Shown piece after piece: positions 7,470-10,383 of a DNA stretch of 10,383 nt. Both the position numbers and the translations under genes were made by a program. How positions within the stretch are numbered: the first letter of the stretch is position 1; each line of letters starts with the position of its first letter. This DNA is from Amoeboradix gromovi X-113 (taxonomy: Eukaryota > Fungi > Sanchytriomycota), in NCBI GenBank assembly GCA_018985225.1, contig JADGIF010000349.1, positions 1-10,383 on the forward strand, written 5' to 3'. The notes beneath the pieces are model-generated. The model was not told the DNA's origin. It saw nothing but the letters and a program-made list of their open reading frames with translations, and ran no database searches.

Positions 7470-8282
7470 ATGATATTTTTATCTCTAGTGTTATCAAAAC
7501 CATTACCATCCGATGGCTTGAAAATCACACAAGGTGTGAACTTCGATCCAAGCGCGAAAGATGCGCAGTTAGTTACAGCATCCACATCTGGTGGTAGAGT
7601 TTGCGGTATCAACTCTTATAATGAAGTGTCTTGTGGTCTTACAAGCAAAGAGAGCCCAGTCAACAAAAAAGGCGTTTATAATGATTTTGAGATGTCAGAA
7701 GTCGACGGCAAATTACAAGAAATATCTTTATTTGGAGCCAATGCTTGTGGAATCAGTTCAAAAAATAACATTTTTTGTACTTGGGATATCGACTGTGCCG
7801 AGCCAAAATGGACGCAGATGAATGGAAAGTTAGACAAAATTAACATTGATGGTGATAGAATGTGCGGAGTTACTCAATCAAACCAGGTATACTGTTCCAG
7901 GTTTATGAAGAATGAGTGGCAACTTAAGAGCGGTCTTTTGAAAGATGTATCAATTTCAGGAGCCAAAGCGTGTGGTGTTACCTTGAAAAATGACTTGGCC
8001 TGCACCGAAAACATTGATGACGAAGAAACGGAATGGAACATTATTGGAGGTACTTTTACTCAAGCGGACTTAAATAGTGGGATTGTCTGTGGAGTTAAGG
8101 AAAATTCGGTTACAGGTATTTTCTGTGCCCCGTTTAACTCAAAGAATTTCATTCAATATTCTAAAGACGTGTCATATAAATACGTCACGCTCAGCAACTC
8201 ATACATGTACGCTATTGACTTGGACAATAACGTCTTCAAGATACCCATGGAAAAATTGAAAGAAGAGGTATTAGCTCAATAA
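7470..8282 (+). CDS. Secreted tectonin/Hyd_WA-like six-bladed beta-propeller lectin
   Basis: Signal-like MIFLSLVLS followed by six ~37-41-aa repeats of the pattern W-x4-G-x-L-x2-[IV]S-x2-G-x3-CG[VI]-x6-7-C, e.g. WTQMNGKLDKINIDGDRMCGVTQSNQVYC and WQLKSGLLKDVSISGAKACGVTLKNDLAC. This resembles tectonin / fish-egg-lectin blades. Confidence 0.78.
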   Translation: MIFLSLVLSKPLPSDGLKITQGVNFDPSAKDAQLVTASTSGGRVCGINSYNEVSCGLTSKESPVNKKGVYNDFEMSEVDGKLQEISLFGANACGISSKNNIFCTWDIDCAEPKWTQMNGKLDKINIDGDRMCGVTQSNQVYCSRFMKNEWQLKSGLLKDVSISGAKACGVTLKNDLACTENIDDEETEWNIIGGTFTQADLNSGIVCGVKENSVTGIFCAPFNSKNFIQYSKDVSYKYVTLSNSYMYAIDLDNNVFKIPMEKLKEEVLAQ

Positions 8283-8716
8283 AAACCGATTTTACAATTT
8301 TTCTATGCCTTCATCGCGAGTTATGCAACGACCACATAGTTTCCGGAGATAATGAGCATTGTCAGATAGGCACATTTGTTCAAAGATGGAGAATTACCAG
8401 AGATTAGTCTCCAAAGAAAAAGAGAGCAAGTGCGCCATACATAAATCTCAACGGGCTACTTCATGATACTTGAACAGTCGCTTTGCGACCCAATTCCAAA
8501 ATAGTATAAATGCAATGAAGCAGATAATACTAGTTATCGAATCTCTGATATAATAGACAAAAGACCAACTTTGCAGAGGAGATAGGACGTAAAACTCTAA
8601 CAAGCTTATTGGTGATAAAATGTGGAAAGCCCCCCACACATTGTTAGTGTAGTCTCTGCAATGCTTTAAATAAACATTCTACATGGTAATGACAATATTT
8701 ACTTAATCAAAATGCA

Positions 8717-9748
8717 TCACAGCTCTTTTCTTTTGGCTTCGAATATCTCCAACGCACCTTTCCAAACTCCAGTCATCTCACCAAATGGGTCGACAGGCAG
8801 CTGCTTTATATAAGGCATTAGCTGGGAACCAAATTCGGTACTTGCTTCTCTTGGTAGCAGGGTAGGCAAATGGTCAATTGAAATAACTTTGACGTTTCCC
8901 TCAATATCCAAAATAGGTTTATCAAAGGTAGTACATCTATCGTATACAGGAATAGGATTGTTAGGACTGGAATAATCGCAACTTACATCACAAATAATTT
9001 TCAAGTTCTTAGATTCATTCAACATTGACTTGGTCAGAAAAGGTTCGATCTTACTGGTTAAATATACGCAATTGATGAATATATCTGCTTTAAGAATCTC
9101 GGGAAATGGTCCGCCCTTCTTTGTCTCATCCAGGTCCCATTGAACTATGTTGGAATGCGGAATACCTAAATCTAAACAACACTGTATAGCACCTTTGCCA
9201 CATCTGCCCAAAGCGCCAATAACCATTACAGTAGGAATAGATTTTGTTTCCTGTTTGATTTTATTAAGTAAAACCTGTTTATCCTGTGGAAAAAAAGGTC
9301 CTTTGCTGCCATTGTAGACATCAACGCTAATAGCGGCACCAGCATATCCGGCATAATACCCAAACGCTGCAATTCTTCGATTATTTTCTATTAGAAACTC
9401 TAAATCTAAAATCCTCCCATGGTCGAACTGCTTGAGCAAATCTTTCCACCAGTTTTGTTGCTTATAACAATGTGCAAAGTAAACATGGCAGAATTTAAAT
9501 GAGTTATCAGTAGTTTCATAGAGTTCCTTTAATCCTAAAATGTAGGTATTGCGATCAAATTCATCGTAGTGCTTTTCTGTGATTTCGCATCCTACTTGAA
9601 GATATTCATCATCGGAGTAACATCTGGTTTTGCTAGATTCGACTGTGATTTTGATTCCGCAAGACAACAGTTGTTTGCAATTATCTGGAGTTAAAATGAC
9701 GCGGTGCTCAAATTTCTTATGCTCGTTTCTCAAATACAAATGAGACAT
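8717..9748 (-). CDS. LYS1: Saccharopine dehydrogenase (NAD+, L-lysine-forming), 343 aa; alpha-aminoadipate pathway
   Basis: The N-terminus MSHLYLRNEHKKFEHRVILTP matches the fungal Lys1 start. Catalytic Lys is in GLKEL and catalytic His in FAHCYK. Also LDLEFL..RRIAAFGYYAG, Rossmann IGALGRCG, WDLDETKKGGPF and ISIDHLPTLLPREAS. The ORF-track start at 9946 (TTG) adds 66 non-homologous residues. Confidence 0.96.
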   Translation of the reverse strand: MSHLYLRNEHKKFEHRVILTPDNCKQLLSCGIKITVESSKTRCYSDDEYLQVGCEITEKHYDEFDRNTYILGLKELYETTDNSFKFCHVYFAHCYKQQNWWKDLLKQFDHGRILDLEFLIENNRRIAAFGYYAGYAGAAISVDVYNGSKGPFFPQDKQVLLNKIKQETKSIPTVMVIGALGRCGKGAIQCCLDLGIPHSNIVQWDLDETKKGGPFPEILKADIFINCVYLTSKIEPFLTKSMLNESKNLKIICDVSCDYSSPNNPIPVYDRCTTFDKPILDIEGNVKVISIDHLPTLLPREASTEFGSQLMPYIKQLPVDPFGEMTGVWKGALEIFEAKRKEL

Positions 9749-10168
9749 GCTTTTCGAAAAGTGGATGAAGGGGTAAATGTAGCTAAAAGTAAAAAAATTG
9801 AGCAATAAAAAATCAAAACTCCGAAAAAAGAACCTAGCCTTAAGTGTATAGGTCATGTCAGGCTTACTACTCTTTGCTAAACTGGAAAGTCCCATGGTTG
9901 CAACTTTAAGCCTCGCATCAAAAACGTTGTTTTCCGAGAAAATCAATAGCTTCTACATAGAAACTAAAAATGAAGTCGCTACAACGGTTGCTCTCACTTC
10001 CGCTACCCTAAGGTTATATTGAATATGGATATCCAAGATCATTGCTGCCATTTAATATCTATATGCGTCGAAGTTATGGCTTATATACATTGGGACATCA
10101 AATATAAAAACTAGACTAACTTTCTGAAATAGTTTGAATCATTATATCAAGCCTGTATTAACCGATAG

Positions 10169-10191
10169 TAAATTAAATTAAATTAAATTAA
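10169..10191. repeat. (TAAAT)4.6 pentanucleotide microsatellite
   Basis: TAAATTAAATTAAATTAAATTAA read directly in the sequence. Confidence 0.85.
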
Positions 10192-10383
10192 TCTGACTGG
10201 TTCGAGTAAATTATTTTAGTATAAAAGCTTTTCGTCCATCAAAATCCTAGAAACAATGATTAATAAGAAGAAGAGAAAACAAAAAATAAGTTATACAAAA
10301 GGTGGAAGAAAAAGAAAGTGGAACAGATAAAGAGTACCGTCTAAGATAATGCACCTTTTGCTTAGAAACTCAAAGACCTTATT

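Noticed and set aside
1202-8259. Short antisense or alternate-frame ORFs (1202, 1677, 2480, 3276, 4416, 4547, 5416, 5767, 7591, 8077)
   Set aside because: They are shadows of well-supported CDSs with no independent protein features.
8630-8665. HCRDYTNNVWG as a DHHC palmitoyltransferase motif
   Set aside because: There is no DHHC tetrapeptide or Cys-rich domain, and the region is far too short.
9749-9946. 66-aa N-terminal extension of Lys1 given by the ORF track
   Set aside because: TTG start and Phe-rich translation of T-rich promoter DNA; homology begins at Met67 (9748).
9855-10022. 55-aa + ORF (MSGLLLFAKLESP...) and stop-interrupted frames that might suggest TAR-to-Gln recoding
   Set aside because: No recognisable protein. 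Conserved genes here end at TAA in the expected positions and have no internal TAR codons.
10256-10330. 24-aa basic ORF MINKKKRKQKISYTKGGRKRKWNR, similar in size to ribosomal eL41
   Set aside because: It lacks the eL41 MRAKWRKKR signature and is explained by purine-rich low-complexity DNA.

Overview
This is an AT-rich, gene-dense eukaryotic window, most likely from a fungus or close fungal relative with a compacted genome. The lineage is inferred from a fungal-type LYS1, PAT1 and a cytosolic IleRS; the standard genetic code fits, with TAA/TGA stops at the expected protein ends. Recognisable genes are cytosolic isoleucyl-tRNA synthetase (234..3456, split by a 19-nt GT-AG spliceosomal intron), PAT1 decapping activator, a secreted six-bladed tectonin-type lectin and saccharopine dehydrogenase LYS1. 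Orphans are a 61-aa putative GPI-anchored peptide, a 280-aa two-TM protein and a possible small membrane protein. The notable signals are in gene architecture: the 19-nt intron that also carries an in-frame stop and AATAAA, AATAAA fused to almost every stop codon, a perfect 25-bp palindrome between convergent genes, very short signal peptides, a CCAAT-dense divergent promoter and an 89-nt hairpin upstream of IleRS. No mobile element, CRISPR array, tRNA or rRNA could be supported. All homology calls are from remembered motifs; no searches were run.
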